A program made the translations under genes and the position numbers. 64,000 bases of DNA from Naegleria gruberi. Lineage: Eukaryota. The notes under the pieces are model-generated. The model had not been told where the DNA came from and searched no databases. It was given only the letters and a program-made list of their open reading frames with translations. Location of the stretch: NCBI GenBank assembly GCA_000004985.1, contig GG738861.1; one strand, 5' to 3'. The first letter of the stretch is position 1; the number at the start of each line of letters is the position of its first letter. Positions 29,551 through 40,354 of the stretch are shown here, piece after piece.

Positions 29551-30891
29551 ATGCTCGCCTCCAAGATCGTCCAAAGAACAACCAGCAAGATTTCTTGTTC
29601 CGCAATCAAGAAGAATGACTCTGTTCGTTGTTTCTCATCATCATCTATCATGAATGCCGAAGCTAAAAAGACACTCTTGTATGATTTCCATGCTAAACAT
29701 GAGGCTACTTTTGTTGATTTTGCCGGATACAAGATGCCTGTGATGTATCAATTAAGTAAATTTAAAGATGCCTTGAAGAGAGAACATATGCAATGCAGAA
29801 ATTCTGCAGCTTTGTTTGATGTTTCTCACATGGGTCAAGTTAAAGTTTCTGGTGCTGATGCTCAAGAATTCCTTGAAAAGGTCACACCTGCAAATATTAT
29901 TCAATTGAAGATTAATCAAGCTCGTCTTACACAATTCACCAATGAAAATGGTGGTATTTTGGATGATTTGATGATCACAAAGAAATCCGAATCTAATGGA
30001 GTTTTTGATTTTTATGTTGTTATCAATGCTGCTTGTGTTGATAGTGACATGGCTCATTTGGCTACTCAAGTTTCCACTTTGAAGTGTGATAGAACTGGAA
30101 AGTCATTCAAGGAATCTGATTTAAAGATTGAAATGATTAATGGTAAGAGTTTAATTGCTCTCCAAGGTCCAAAGGCAGTTGAAGCCTTGTTGCCACTTTT
30201 GGAAAATGATACTGCCAGAGAAAGAGTTAAATCATTGAAATTCATGACTTGCTCTGATGAAGTTATTGTTTTACCAGGTGGTGAAAAGACCTCTGTTCAA
30301 GTTTCTAGATGTGGTTATACTGGTGAAGACGGTTTTGAAATTTCAGTTCCAGATCAATCAGTTGTTGCCATGTCAGGTGCCTTGTTGCAAGTTGGTGGTG
30401 CTGAACCATTGGTTGGTTTGGCTGGTTTGGGTTGCAGAGATACTTTGCGTCTTGAAGCTGGTTTGTGTTTGATGGGTCACGATATGACTCCAAAGATTAC
30501 ACCAATTGAAGCTGCTTTGAATTTCACAATTGCTAAGCGTCGTCGTGAAGAAGGTGGTTTCCCAGGTCATCATGTTGTCAAGAAGAATTTGGAAGAAGGT
30601 GTTCAACAATTGAGAGTTGGTTTCTCATATGGTCAAGAATTAGTTGGTTCTGGTAAGCCAGCTGTTATTGCTCGTGAAGGTTATAAATTCAAGGATTTGA
30701 AGACTGGTGAAGAAATTGGTTATGTGACCAGTGGTACTTTGTCACCATGTTTGGGTCATCCAATTGGTATGGGTTATATTAAGAGTGAATTTGCTAAGGA
30801 AGGTACTGAATTTGGTATTCAAATCAGAAACACTTTGCAAGTTGCCAAGATTACCAAGATGCCATTCGTTCCAACCAGATATGCTAAATAA
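29551..30891 (+). CDS. Aminomethyltransferase (glycine cleavage system T protein), mitochondrial
   Basis: The track start is a TTG and the ATG is at 29551 (MLASKIVQRTTSKISCSAIKKN, presequence-like). GCST motifs are present (ALFDVSHMGQVKVSGADAQEFLEKV; CGYTGEDGFEISV; GLGCRDTLRLEAGLCLMGHDM; PIGMGYI). Confidence 0.9.
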   Translation: MLASKIVQRTTSKISCSAIKKNDSVRCFSSSSIMNAEAKKTLLYDFHAKHEATFVDFAGYKMPVMYQLSKFKDALKREHMQCRNSAALFDVSHMGQVKVSGADAQEFLEKVTPANIIQLKINQARLTQFTNENGGILDDLMITKKSESNGVFDFYVVINAACVDSDMAHLATQVSTLKCDRTGKSFKESDLKIEMINGKSLIALQGPKAVEALLPLLENDTARERVKSLKFMTCSDEVIVLPGGEKTSVQVSRCGYTGEDGFEISVPDQSVVAMSGALLQVGGAEPLVGLAGLGCRDTLRLEAGLCLMGHDMTPKITPIEAALNFTIAKRRREEGGFPGHHVVKKNLEEGVQQLRVGFSYGQELVGSGKPAVIAREGYKFKDLKTGEEIGYVTSGTLSPCLGHPIGMGYIKSEFAKEGTEFGIQIRNTLQVAKITKMPFVPTRYAK

Positions 30892-30956
30892 ATTTACAAT
30901 CCAATTTTGAATCTTGTTCTAAAATTCAACACTTTCTAAAACTCATTACAAAAAAA

Positions 30957-31898
30957 ATGGAAACATTACAAGATGAGTGGATTATTATTTGTTCTTTTAT
31001 GAATGTTAGAAGTTTATTAAATTTTCAATTGGCATGCAGGGATTTCTATCGGATTGGATCTTGTGATATCATATGGAAGAGTATTTATCAATATTATTGG
31101 AAAAGTTGGTCATCAGATTTGCATCCGAATCAAAATATAAAGTTTGGATTGTGTGGTCATCTCTCCATCATTAACAAGGAAATGCCAACAGAAAATTACA
31201 AATATCATGTGATGGGAGTGTATGAATTGCAACATTTAAGAACGGATGGGAAGATTAAATTTCAAAAATATGAGTCAATACTGAAAAAACCACTTGATGA
31301 AATGCATTCGAAAGTGACTCACATGAAGATATCAATTTTAGGAGAAGGAAATGGAGTCACATCTCTGTTGATGAGATTGAAATTAGGAGCATTCCCACAA
31401 ACAGCATTAAATATTGGAAGTCTGCCGGCTATGGAAACCTTTAGGCATGAAACTGTAAAAGAAGGAAGAAAATTCTCAATTGATTTCATTGACCTTTCAG
31501 ATATTGGATATTCACGATTAATGCCATTGCTTTTGTATGGTTGTGATCTTTTCGTTCCAACATTTTCTCTCAATAATGCGCATTCTTCATTTGAAAGAGT
31601 TGAGATCAAGTGGATCCCAACAATTGAACATTACATGTGCAATGCACCAATTATAATATTGGGAACGAAACTAGATGAAAAAAGTAATACACACGTTATT
31701 ACAGAGAAGAAGTTATCACAACAGTCTAATTGTATCACTTATTATGAAATATCAGCACTCACAGCAGATGATGACCAAATGAATCAATTTGTTGAGCTAT
31801 GTGTCAAATCTGTTCTCATGACTCACAAACCAATAATAACAAGTGAGAACAGCTTTGCAACAACTTTTGGAAAACCAAAAAAATGTTTCCTTCAATAG
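30957..31898 (+). CDS. F-box plus Ras-superfamily-like pseudo-GTPase with a C-terminal CaaX box
   Basis: The N-terminus is F-box-like (DEWIIICSFMNVRSLLNFQLACRDFYRIGSCDIIWKSIY). The GTPase-like fold has a degenerate P-loop (KISILGEGNGVTSLL, no Lys) and no DxxGQ. NKxD is retained as ILGTKLD and SAK as EISAL. The protein ends ...KPKKCFLQ* (CaaX). Confidence 0.55.
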   Translation: METLQDEWIIICSFMNVRSLLNFQLACRDFYRIGSCDIIWKSIYQYYWKSWSSDLHPNQNIKFGLCGHLSIINKEMPTENYKYHVMGVYELQHLRTDGKIKFQKYESILKKPLDEMHSKVTHMKISILGEGNGVTSLLMRLKLGAFPQTALNIGSLPAMETFRHETVKEGRKFSIDFIDLSDIGYSRLMPLLLYGCDLFVPTFSLNNAHSSFERVEIKWIPTIEHYMCNAPIIILGTKLDEKSNTHVITEKKLSQQSNCITYYEISALTADDDQMNQFVELCVKSVLMTHKPIITSENSFATTFGKPKKCFLQ

Positions 31899-31912
31899 AA
31901 ACTCGGTAATGT

Positions 31913-33583
31913 TTATTTGACAAAGTATTTGCTGTAAAAGGATTTGAGTGGCTGTAGGGTCTCTTGACTTTCAGTCATGCTATTGGACTGTGAAACATGA
32001 TCTGGAGAATTATTAGAATACCGAGATGAAGTAGAGGAAGATGGATTAAATTGAGGAGGATTAGGAGAGCAGAATGACTCGATTATATTTGTCTCATTGA
32101 GAAGGGTATCACTAAGCAATGGGTTTTGAGTAGATGAATTTACAGAGAAGGATTGCCTTGTTGAGTTCTTTAGATATACTTCTACTTTTTCTATATTGTC
32201 TGTGGATCCAACAATTTTGAATGCAATTTCATTGGATGAGCTCGACAGACCAGGGGACATTGGAATGGAATTAATACTTGCCAGTGTTGTCATGTTTGGT
32301 GTTGTCTGAACGTCACGAAGCATGCTTGTTTGACACGATTTACAATCTCGCTTTTCTTCGTCGTCACTTGAAACAGAAGTATTGCATTCTCTCTTTGGTT
32401 GAGGTTTTTGGAAATGTTTGGCATATGTGGATTTTACAGGTTCTCGTGAGCTAATCTTTTTGGAAATATTTTCTACTGCTTGGTTTGCTCTGGATTTGGA
32501 GGTTGACGATGTCAAAGGTTTTTTCAACTCTGTCTTCTTTGAAGGCTCTGGTTTTGTATATTTGGAGGTTGGTGTTTTTGATCTTGTTGTTGCGACTTTA
32601 GATTTGATAGATGTCTCTTTCTTCTCTTCCTTCATCGAGCTTACCTTAACGGATTGCGGCCTCTTTGGAGTTGTACTTTTTCTTGATGGTTTAATCCTTC
32701 TTGGCTCATAATTTTCCTTGTCACTATCAACAGAGCTTATGGAAATATCAGCCTTCTTTTTCTTTGAGTTTTTAGCAGATTTTCCAGAGAAGATTTCATT
32801 TTCCATATATTTTTCTCCATAATTATCAAGTTTTGTAAATAATTCATCTGTGTTTGTCGACATATTTGAGGCAGTAGATATCATATCATCCACAGGTCCC
32901 ATTCTGTTTGATCTCAATGGAGTGACAGAAGAAAGAGATGTATCAATATCTCTTGGCTTGTATGTATTCGAGAATTCTGTCAACTTCCCATAAAGATCAC
33001 TCAAAGAATCATCCAAATTATGCTGAGTAGGTTTAGGTTTTGATTTTTCATTGTATTTTTCCAAATATCGTTTCAAAGCACTTGCTGTAGAGTCAATTGA
33101 ATCGTCCATACTGATGTTTTCTGAAATCTTTGAAGATAATTTCTTGTTGGAAGGATGAATAAGGCTGCTATCACTCAAGTCATCGTATGCAGCATAGGAA
33201 GATCGTTTTGAGGCACTTGAGGTTGTTTTTTTGACATTACTTTCAATCTCCTTTGCTAAATTATTCATCTCCTCCCACTTTGTTGATACCGATGAAGAGT
33301 TAGACATCATGGAAGAATTTAGACTTTTCATATTTCCAAGAGCAGCAGTACTTGTTGTGGTGACACTAATATTATGATGTTTTTGTACACTAGGTGGCGT
33401 AAGCCTTGACATTAAACTCGACAATAATTCTGATGAATCCTCATCCCCAGTTGTTGGACTCTTTCTTCTCGGGGTTGAATTTACTGATGATGGATAACTT
33501 CTCACAACATACGATGATGAACGGTCCGTATCCTCTCCAGCGTCAGAAACAGTTGACGACGACGAGGAAGAATATTTACTCAT
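31913..33583 (-). CDS. S/T/K-rich disordered protein, 556 aa
   Basis: True ATG. Low complexity runs throughout (MSKYSSSSSSTVSDAGEDTDRSS...). It is continuous and coding-like, with no domain. Confidence 0.5.
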   Translation of the reverse strand: MSKYSSSSSSTVSDAGEDTDRSSSYVVRSYPSSVNSTPRRKSPTTGDEDSSELLSSLMSRLTPPSVQKHHNISVTTTSTAALGNMKSLNSSMMSNSSSVSTKWEEMNNLAKEIESNVKKTTSSASKRSSYAAYDDLSDSSLIHPSNKKLSSKISENISMDDSIDSTASALKRYLEKYNEKSKPKPTQHNLDDSLSDLYGKLTEFSNTYKPRDIDTSLSSVTPLRSNRMGPVDDMISTASNMSTNTDELFTKLDNYGEKYMENEIFSGKSAKNSKKKKADISISSVDSDKENYEPRRIKPSRKSTTPKRPQSVKVSSMKEEKKETSIKSKVATTRSKTPTSKYTKPEPSKKTELKKPLTSSTSKSRANQAVENISKKISSREPVKSTYAKHFQKPQPKRECNTSVSSDDEEKRDCKSCQTSMLRDVQTTPNMTTLASINSIPMSPGLSSSSNEIAFKIVGSTDNIEKVEVYLKNSTRQSFSVNSSTQNPLLSDTLLNETNIIESFCSPNPPQFNPSSSTSSRYSNNSPDHVSQSNSMTESQETLQPLKSFYSKYFVK

Positions 33584-33727
33584 TTTTTTGTGTCTAATGA
33601 AGTTTTGCGCTTAATTTTTTAAGCAACCTCAAAAATGTAGAATTTTGGCGGGAAGAAAAAGGCGGTAACAGATAAACTTTAAATTAAAACCTTATTGAAA
33701 TAGATGAATAGAATGAAAACCTCATAT

Positions 33728-35048
33728 TTAATAATCCACTAATAAATCATGCAAGAATTGTTTACGAGCTTGATTCATAACTTTGGTCTTTTTGGTTGAG
33801 CTTTGAACACCACCTGCCTTCTTTCTCTTCTTCTTATTAGATTCTGCTTCTTCCAAAACAGTCTTGGCTTCAGGATTTAAAAGCTTTTCTTCAATTTTCT
33901 TTTCTTGTTTCTTTAATTTCTTGACATCTTTTTCCTTTTCCTTAACATCGACCACATCAACCAAATTCAAATCAAACAAACCAATGGCATTGTAAAATCT
34001 GATATTTTCCAAAGAGCAACTTGCTAAATATTTGGCATCTCTTGAAATACTCAAATCGAAAATTGGTTCATTAGTTTGATCTGTTAATCTATGTTGACGT
34101 TTAGTATTCTTAGTGTTAAGTCCAAATATGACACCATCATCTGATGCATAGGTCAAATAACCTTCCTTAACTAGTTTCATTACTGAAATATTACTGGTCA
34201 ATGTCGAAATACATCTATTTGGTTGATATAATTTGTGTGATTGGAATTCATAAATAGTTCCTGATGATCCAGCAGCATAAATAAAATCACCATTTGACAT
34301 GGTAGCAATTCCAACAAGGTCATCATTCACTCCTTCAGTCACACCAACACCAGTTGGCTTTGATTTTTTCATATCCACAACACTAATACATCCATCAGCT
34401 CCAGCAGAATATAACATTCCAGATTCTGGAGCAAAAGCAAAGCAACTAATATAATCTCCATGTTCCTTATATGATTGAATGGCTTTCTTTTGACGAACGT
34501 CCCAAATTCTAACAACTCCTTCATCATCTCCTGTTGCAACTCTATCATCATCAATAACGATGAGTGAATTAATTGGTGATTTGTGAGCATCCTTAATTGA
34601 AAATTTAACTGATGCCTTTTTAACATCCACAACATTGAAACGACGATCGGAACCACATGAAAGCATTGTTTTACCATCATCGGAGAAGAAGATTTTACGA
34701 CAAGCTTCATTGTGATGATTAAATGTGGCTACACAAGTATTTTCAATTTCAATAGAGTATTTATATCTTTTGATGATGAATTTAATTAATATTAATATTA
34801 AATAAATTATTTAATTAATAGTTTGCAACTATGTGGATTACTCACATTTTAGTTTCACCTGTCACTAAAGCAACAGCTAATAAATCCAATTTAGGATGAA
34901 AATCAATAGAAAAAACAGATTCCGATTCGATAATTGGCTTTGGGACGTAGATTTTTTGATTCTTTTCATCATTCTTCACAATGAAATGTTCATTCAAAGA
35001 ATAGTCAATCTCATCAACAGATTCACGCACGTCTTCTTCTTTGATCAT
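33728..35048 (-). CDS. WD40-repeat protein (WDR55-like) with a K-rich C-terminal tail: join(35048..34846,34766..33728)
   Basis: Exon 1 (MIKEEDVRESVDEIDYSLNEHFIVKNDEKNQKIYVPKPIIESESVFSIDFHPKLDLLAVALVTGETK; the track M at 35063 is a TTG) ends in phase 2 at a GTGAGT donor. A 79-nt intron follows (gtgagtaatcc...catcaaaag). Exon 2 is IYKYSIEIENTCVATFNHHNEACRKIFFSDDGKTMLSCGSDRRFNVVDV..., carrying the WD repeats. Confidence 0.7.
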
Positions 35049-35138
35049 TTTTTTCAAGTTCAAAAAATAACTTGATTTTAATTCATTTCAAGAAAACATG
35101 GTTGAATTATTGAATTGTTGAGTGAATGAAGAGGATGT

Positions 35139-38096
35139 TTATTTCTTTCTCTTCTTGGCTTGCTTATTCTTAATGGATCCAATTGCATTGAGAACTCTTT
35201 TACTCTCAATTTCAGCTGCCTTCTTCTTTTTCTTGTCTGCTTCGAATATGAATCGTTCGAGGGGAGTCATTTCTTCTACTTTTTTACTTCTGATGGCTTG
35301 CCTCTTCTTTCTCTCTGTTAGAATTGGTTGAATGTACGAATCAACTTCCTCCCTCGACATATTCATTCGTTCTAGACAGAAAGTGTAAAATCCTTGCCAA
35401 TTCAATTTTGGTGGGTCAGTAGAAGAAGAAGAAGCAGTAACTTGAGACGATGAGGATTGAGTTGATGGATCACTATCAATATCTGCCCAAACAAAATCTG
35501 AAAGAGAATCATCTACTTGTGGTTTCGTGTAGGCATCAATAATCTTACTATCTGGGAATCCTTCTGGGAAGATGAATTTCTTCTTGGAACCCTTGTAATT
35601 GAATTGGAAATCACCCTTTTTACCCCATGATTTTTGAGTTCGTCCCATATTGAAAGTGTCGTCCTCAACCCATAATTTGAAATCCTTCAATCCCTGGGTA
35701 ACTTCTTCTAAATTATCTTCATCGAGTTCTTTTTCTTCAGGGTTGAAGGCGTCCACAACTTGAGTTGCTGTCACAGGACCAACATTATGTACACCATCCG
35801 TATAGTCAGAGCCCAATAAAAGAGCTATCTGAATTAGATTAGTCCTTGTAAATCCCAAAACTTTGAAAATATTATCCATTCTATATTCTTCAATAATATT
35901 CTTGTCGATATGCCTTGTCGATCCAAATACATTTCTATATACACAATTTGCACCGAACAAAAACAAGTCAGAATCCTCAGTAATGACAGCATCCACTAAA
36001 TTATGTTTAGATAAAAATCCACATTGAGCATCGGCTTCGCTAGGTGAAACCAAGTAAGGAACACCAAGATAGGTCAATAAATCTTTGGCCAGGTCCACCA
36101 AGGCGAAGAAGAGATTTGTTGTTTTCGACTTGGAGTTAAAGAGATCGATCATTGGGTAATCAGAGTCGAACATGGCCTGCTCAAACCTAGCCGCATTCAT
36201 TTCTTGCATTCTTGCCTCTTCATCGCTAACCAGAGGAACCGAACTCATTTTCAATAATGCTTCCTGTTCATTTTCAAATGAATCATCCATAGAGTTCATG
36301 GATTCATTTGTAATTGATACACTTGATTGGGAGGGAGTGACTTCTTCCACTTCATCATCGCTGCTGTCGATTTGAACAGGTTCAAAATCATCTTCAATGA
36401 CTACTTGTTCATCAATATCTATTGGTATTGGTTCTTCTGGTTGAGCCTGCACTTCATCCCACTCATCTGTGTCACCTCCAGCCACAGCTGGTGGTGATTT
36501 ACCTTGAACCTCCTCAAATTCATCCTCCTCCACTAATTGAGCGGTTTCCCATTCTTCATTCATGTTTCGTCTAATAGAATCCCCACTTTCCACTATTGTT
36601 GAAAATATTGAATCTGGTAGCATATCACTATCAGAAATATTATCAAGATCATTATTTGAAAATGTTATTTGAATTTCATCGTCTTCATCATCAAATTCAT
36701 TTTCTACATTGATAGGAGCTTTACCTTTTGCAGCAGGTAGTATTTCCTCTTGCTCTACAACTTCCTTTCTTGAGAGAAAGTCGCTAAATCTTTGAATTGT
36801 TTCCTTACTTAACTCTGCCTTTTGAGTATTGATAGGAGTCTCTCTTTGTTCTTTTTCTTTTGGTGGAGTTTTCTCGAGGAGGACATATCCTTGATTTGGA
36901 TTTGATGCCAGTCTACCACCTGCTACAATTTGAAAGTTTCCAATGTCACCTTCCACAGAGGAAATCGATGAAGAGGCTCTATTCGACTTTGGAGTTGTTT
37001 GTGAAGCTGATTGGAAAATTGATGGCTCCTCATCCTCTTCAAAGAATCCCATACCCATTTCATCAGATTCTTGTTCCACTTCTACTTCCACTGGCTCCTC
37101 TTTAACCATTGTTATTTCATCATTGCTTTGTGAAGATCCAATATTCTGAGGTAGAGAATCCAATAAATGTTGTCTCTCTGAAACTTCCAATAATTTCTTC
37201 AATTGTAATGATGCTTGACTTCCCTTAATAAAAGAATCAAGTTGAGTAGTAGAGAATTTTTCAGGAGTCTTTTTCTTCAAATCTCTAATATGGGAATCGG
37301 GTTTGAATCTCTTAGATCTACGCAGTTGTTTGATAATATCCTGTTGAATTTCCTTTGGCAGTTGTGTAAAAACCTCTGGATCAACTCCAGATCCTAAATC
37401 CAAATTTGCATTCATATCCACTCTTTCAATAGCTTCAAATGAATCATTCATTGCTCCTTCATAATTTCTCTCATCACACAATATTGAAACTTCTTCATCC
37501 TTTACACTTGTTTGTTGATTGTTTGAACTATTTACACCACTCGAACTTGCAACACCACTACTTGATGCAACCGACGAAGAAGATGATGATGGCATTGCAA
37601 AATCAAAATCCTCCTCATATTTTGGTGACTCAGGTTCCTTAGCTTTTTTCATATTTATCAATTTTCTATCTATGGAAGAAACTCCCGAATGTTTCTCCAA
37701 CATTCTTCTATTCAATAACTTTTTCGCCACTTTTTTCAATCGAAAATTATGTTTGGTTGATCTCATTCTTCTCTTTTGAATTGTTTTCTGTTTTACAAGT
37801 GGAGTTGCACCATCAAATATAAAAATTGGTTTGATGTCATAATATAATAATTTACAAATTCTCTTAAATAAAGCCTTCAAATATCTAACTTGAGAAAACG
37901 ATGCTTGACCTGTTTGATTATTGGCTCCTCGACCAAAGAAGAATTCATCATCATGATCCTCTAATCCCATTCCGAGCATGAATTGATGAAGCCAAACACT
38001 AATATCCACAGCAACAGTCTTTCCCGAGAGTACATCAAGACTCTGCACTTGAAATGCCGCAGGACGCAACAAATCCCACAACCCTTTTACGCCCAT
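35139..38096 (-). CDS. XPG/Rad2/ERCC5-family DNA repair endonuclease
   Basis: The XPG-N domain is at the N-terminus (MGVKGLWDLLRPAAFQVQSLDVLSGKTVAVDISVWLHQF). A long acidic/serine spacer is followed by XPG-I (LLTYLGVPYLVSPSEADAQCGFLSKHNLVDAVITEDSDLFLFGANCVYRN) and a basic C-terminus. Single 985-aa ORF with a true ATG. Confidence 0.85.
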   Translation of the reverse strand: MGVKGLWDLLRPAAFQVQSLDVLSGKTVAVDISVWLHQFMLGMGLEDHDDEFFFGRGANNQTGQASFSQVRYLKALFKRICKLLYYDIKPIFIFDGATPLVKQKTIQKRRMRSTKHNFRLKKVAKKLLNRRMLEKHSGVSSIDRKLINMKKAKEPESPKYEEDFDFAMPSSSSSSVASSSGVASSSGVNSSNNQQTSVKDEEVSILCDERNYEGAMNDSFEAIERVDMNANLDLGSGVDPEVFTQLPKEIQQDIIKQLRRSKRFKPDSHIRDLKKKTPEKFSTTQLDSFIKGSQASLQLKKLLEVSERQHLLDSLPQNIGSSQSNDEITMVKEEPVEVEVEQESDEMGMGFFEEDEEPSIFQSASQTTPKSNRASSSISSVEGDIGNFQIVAGGRLASNPNQGYVLLEKTPPKEKEQRETPINTQKAELSKETIQRFSDFLSRKEVVEQEEILPAAKGKAPINVENEFDDEDDEIQITFSNNDLDNISDSDMLPDSIFSTIVESGDSIRRNMNEEWETAQLVEEDEFEEVQGKSPPAVAGGDTDEWDEVQAQPEEPIPIDIDEQVVIEDDFEPVQIDSSDDEVEEVTPSQSSVSITNESMNSMDDSFENEQEALLKMSSVPLVSDEEARMQEMNAARFEQAMFDSDYPMIDLFNSKSKTTNLFFALVDLAKDLLTYLGVPYLVSPSEADAQCGFLSKHNLVDAVITEDSDLFLFGANCVYRNVFGSTRHIDKNIIEEYRMDNIFKVLGFTRTNLIQIALLLGSDYTDGVHNVGPVTATQVVDAFNPEEKELDEDNLEEVTQGLKDFKLWVEDDTFNMGRTQKSWGKKGDFQFNYKGSKKKFIFPEGFPDSKIIDAYTKPQVDDSLSDFVWADIDSDPSTQSSSSQVTASSSSTDPPKLNWQGFYTFCLERMNMSREEVDSYIQPILTERKKRQAIRSKKVEEMTPLERFIFEADKKKKKAAEIESKRVLNAIGSIKNKQAKKRKK

Positions 38097-38226
38097 TTTT
38101 TTTATAAAATTGAAAAATTCTTGTAAACAATCGAACTCAACATTGAAAAAACTTCACTAATTTCATTTATCAATTATGGGGTTTCTTTTGGTTGTTAGTC
38201 TGATTCGGAAAGAATGAGAGCTTTAT

Positions 38227-39111
38227 TCATTCTACACCCTTTTTCCAAACAAAATTACTAAGGGCAGAAAGTGAAACATCATCACAAGTGACAATTGAAT
38301 TATTTACAATGGCAAATTTGACAATTAACCATGGGTTGTTTGGGTTGGAGTGGTCTGGATTGCAATCACCAATAAAAGCAACAATTTTATCCAAATGTTG
38401 AACGCTTTCATCAGCTTTGGTCAACTCTTTCAATTTTTCTGAATTATCAACTACTTTGAGCACCATTTGAGATTTTGTAATCAGCTTGCTTTCATTGAGA
38501 ATTGTAAAATTGAATTGAGGAAGTTTCTTTTCCAAGAATTGAGAATATTGTTCACACAATCCCTCCTTCTCAATCAAATCACAATTCAAATAGACATGAT
38601 TCTTCTCCTGTGAAATTCTATTCCAAAAATATGAATCCATTTCCAATAACCATTGTCTATGAAATTCCGAATCTTCACAGCCAGGTGGAAGAGCTCTCTG
38701 AACATATTCCCTCCAAAAGTCAATTTGTAAATACTCCTCCCCAACTTCTTGCTGAGTTTGTACATGTCTAGAAGATCTGACATTGACTTGTCCCTTTCTC
38801 TTACTCTCATAATCAACCCATTGTTTCCACAAATTGTGATGAAGTTGCACTTGTTTTTGTAAAAGATCAATCTCTCTCTTCTGTTGGACCATTACAATGT
38901 AAAAGAGATATGAGACGAGAGCTGTCAATACAACGAGCCACAATCCTTGAATTGCTGATAGTGAAGATGGGCTGGAGGAGGCCATCTGTGTAGCTGTTGG
39001 TATGTTTTTTTTAATTGTCTGATCAGATTGAATATCGGAAGAGGAAACACGTGTTTTTTCAGAATCAAATTTGGACACTTGACTTCCGATATCACATCTT
39101 AATACTTGCAT
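38227..39111 (-). CDS. Hypothetical type II membrane protein
   Basis: The track start is a TTG. The first ATG (39111) gives MQVLRC.... A signal-anchor follows (MASSSPSSLSAIQGLWLVVLTALVSYLFYIVMV) and then a luminal domain with conserved-looking Cys and Trp (PPGCEDSEFHRQWLLEMDSYFW). No family recognised. Confidence 0.5.
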   Translation of the reverse strand: MQVLRCDIGSQVSKFDSEKTRVSSSDIQSDQTIKKNIPTATQMASSSPSSLSAIQGLWLVVLTALVSYLFYIVMVQQKREIDLLQKQVQLHHNLWKQWVDYESKRKGQVNVRSSRHVQTQQEVGEEYLQIDFWREYVQRALPPGCEDSEFHRQWLLEMDSYFWNRISQEKNHVYLNCDLIEKEGLCEQYSQFLEKKLPQFNFTILNESKLITKSQMVLKVVDNSEKLKELTKADESVQHLDKIVAFIGDCNPDHSNPNNPWLIVKFAIVNNSIVTCDDVSLSALSNFVWKKGVE

Positions 39112-39476
39112 AGAGGATGAGAAACTTGAGGAATTTTGATACTTAATTTTGTCTATTTTACAATTTCTGTAAATATTTGTAGTAACCTTAAACGTCAAAG
39201 TTTGTGAATCTGACTAACTTAATCAAGCTAAACAAACCCAGTACTACTAATTTAACATTTTACTTGACGATATTGCTCTTCCTTGTATCCATTCACAAAG
39301 AACTTTTCAGACAACTAATACAACCAATAAACTGGAAAATTCGTTCATTTCAATTTCTTTTACAAATTCAAACAGTGATGGTATTAATATTGTCATCATC
39401 TTTGTCATTGTGTAATTGTTTTAAATAGCAAGTGTTATATAATAAATTTAGGAGTATACATTTATTTACAGAATAA

Positions 39477-40031
39477 TTATTGTCTTGGAGCACCTCTTCC
39501 TCGTCCTCCAGAGATACTAGATGACATTCCTCGTCCTGCACCAAGTGGTTGCATTCCTTGTTGTGTTGATACAGCTCCTAGAGATGTTGGTCCTGACATT
39601 AATCCAACAGGAACCATTCCGATCATTGTTTGTGGAACAACTTGTCCTCTTAGTGGCATTCCTCTAGCAGCAGACATAGCTACACCTGAAGTTGCACCAG
39701 CAACTCCCTTTGGAATGGATGATGTATTGGTGGTAGCTTGTTTTGCAAGTATTGATTTAACTCGAGAGTCTTCTGCTGGTGGCGGTCCTTCAACAACAAT
39801 TGAAATTATATTTTCTCCACGAATAAGTAAAAATCCAAGGCTTCTCTTTTGTTCAACTTCTTCTCCTTTACTTCCTTTTGGTATAATCTTTCTAAATTCC
39901 TCACAATCAGCAACAACTAGATTCATAAATTTATCAAAAGCCATAAATTTTCCTACTATTTGTCTACCATCTTGAAGAGTTATTCTCATACGATAGTTGA
40001 GAAATTGGTAGAGTTTAGAGTTTTTTGGCAT
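39477..40031 (-). CDS. Small nuclear ribonucleoprotein-associated protein B (SmB/B')
   Basis: The Sm fold is present ([49 protein letters not shown]...[21 protein letters not shown]) and a G/R/P/M-rich tail ends in GRGRGAPRQ. Confidence 0.85.
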   Translation of the reverse strand: MPKNSKLYQFLNYRMRITLQDGRQIVGKFMAFDKFMNLVVADCEEFRKIIPKGSKGEEVEQKRSLGFLLIRGENIISIVVEGPPPAEDSRVKSILAKQATTNTSSIPKGVAGATSGVAMSAARGMPLRGQVVPQTMIGMVPVGLMSGPTSLGAVSTQQGMQPLGAGRGMSSSISGGRGRGAPRQ

Positions 40032-40354
40032 TGACTATGATCCGATTAATCCACACACAATTTCATTAGTTCATACAATCATCATTATCCACAAATTATT
40101 GTCATTAATTTAATATAATATATTGAATGTTATATTAGAATAATAAACACAATAAATAATATCATCAAATTGTCATTATGATCAGCTTTAAAATAAAACA
40201 AAAAAATCACCTACCATTTTTTCGTATTTTTTTATAAATAATAATTAAAATTCTAATTGAAGATGAAGTAATAGCGTCAACAGAAAGTTGACCTTTGCAA
40301 ATAATTTTACTAGTAATGAACTGCAGTTGCAATAATTAAATTGAACTATACAGA

